Assembly (NCBI GenBank): GCA_026023565.1
Contig: JAPETS010000004.1
Span: 372,001-436,000, forward strand
Length of the DNA stretch: 64,000 bases
Direction: 5' to 3'
Source of the DNA: Cirrosporium novae-zelandiae
Taxonomy: Eukaryota
Shown: one piece after another, positions 63,208-64,000 of the stretch
Layout: each line of letters opens with the position of its first letter
Position numbering within the stretch: the first letter of the stretch is position 1
Program-made: the position numbers and the translations under genes
Notes under the pieces: generated by a model
The model's input: only the letters and a program-made list of their open reading frames with translations
Told to the model about the DNA's origin: nothing
The model's database searches: none

Positions 63208-64000
63208 TCATTTTGGGGAAGTACTTGTTACTCCCAACGGATTCGGTGACGAGGTGACTGGTTTCGAGGATGTGAGTGCAGGAGCAGATGCTCGTTTGTT
63301 CATCATAGCTAACTTCTTTCGTAAAGCTGCTAGCCGGTTACGGATACTGTTAACCACTAGATACGAGCAATTAGATTCAATTTCTCTGCTTGTTCGAAAT
63401 GAAATTGATTGAATGGACTCACGTTTCTCAACGACCTCTCGGTCTTCTGCCTCGACGCCATTCACAGTATCTTCTGTAGTCTTGTCATTCTTATCCTCTT
63501 TACTGCTTTTGCGTAACGAAGATGCATCATCTGAAGAAAGAACTGCTTCTAATAATCGAATTGCAGTAACGTATGAGACTTCACAGCCGGGGAGATCATC
63601 TCCAACAAGTTCATTCACCGCAGCCATTCGACTCATTTCCAATGCTCGGTCATACATCAACTTCTCCGCCGTAACACCTGGGCTCACGAATACATTCTCT
63701 GTGGAACTTCCCAACCCAGGAGTCGAAAGTTGGGTAGATGGATGATTATTCGGATGGCATGGATGATCCGTTGGGAGCTTCTTCTGGGCTTCTTGAAGTT
63801 TGCAGCGAGCAAATTCTGCCTTTTCCAACACCTCGTTGAATCGATTCCGTACCCACTGAACGCAATTATTGATCCGAGGACCGACTGTAGCAGTTGACAA
63901 ACTAATTCCTCTAGGAGAGGACGAGTAACCGACGACTTCACCACGATTCTTGCGGGCCCACCAAGCCCCTGCAATGTCCATTGCCTTTGCCAGCAGTGCC
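63208..64000 (-). CDS. ATG1: Serine/threonine kinase Atg1, C-terminal tandem MIT region (partial)
   Basis: [37 protein letters not shown] and [14 protein letters not shown]. Intron 63357-63422. Confidence 0.9.
   Translation of the reverse strand, partial: ALLAKAMDIAGAWWARKNRGEVVGYSSSPRGISLSTATVGPRINNCVQWVRNRFNEVLEKAEFARCKLQEAQKKLPTDHPCHPNNHPSTQLSTPGLGSSTENVFVSPGVTAEKLMYDRALEMSRMAAVNELVGDDLPGCEVSYVTAIRLLEAVLSSDDASSLRKSSKEDKNDKTTEDTVNGVEAEDREVVEKRESIQSISFRTSREIESNCSYLVVNSIRNRLAALRKKLAMMNKRASAPALTSSKPVTSSPNPLGVTSTSPK

Noticed and set aside
63357..63422. Stop-free 66-nt in-frame intron in ATG1, a possible retained isoform
   Set aside because: It has canonical strong splice signals, and a 3n stop-free short intron is common by chance.

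Overview
Gene-dense window from a filamentous ascomycete (Pezizomycotina), judged by short GT-AG introns with CTRAC/CTAAC branch points and fungal-type proteins. About 27 protein-coding genes, mostly housekeeping: PRI1, SLD2, ornithine decarboxylase, a lysine methyltransferase, a YOR1-like ABCC transporter, ornithine aminotransferase, an NF-X1/FAP1 zinc-finger protein, GST-kappa, a CobW/COG0523 GTPase, SDH2, an NmrA-like protein, rhamnogalacturonase, a DEN1/SENP8 deneddylase and the 3' end of ATG1. There are also two MFS transporters, two GPI-type surface proteins and several orphans. I found no tRNA, rRNA or CRISPR. Main points of interest: (1) an accessory-looking island at about 6.9-11.3 kb holding an F-box-like gene and a 552-codon pseudokinase/zinc-knuckle ORF split by one in-frame TGA, followed by a 248-bp TIR element with a 5-bp flanking duplication and a degraded ORF relic; (2) an AUG-free ODC leader carrying a UUG-initiated uORF that ends Pro-Pro-stop, resembling polyamine-sensing uCCs; (3) a strongly structured first coding intron in SDH2, whose promoter also has a CBC:HapX-type motif; (4) a recurrent intergenic palindrome, TACCTAGGTA; (5) a possible alternative N-terminus for the deneddylase. 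All gene models and family calls were made by eye, without database searches.
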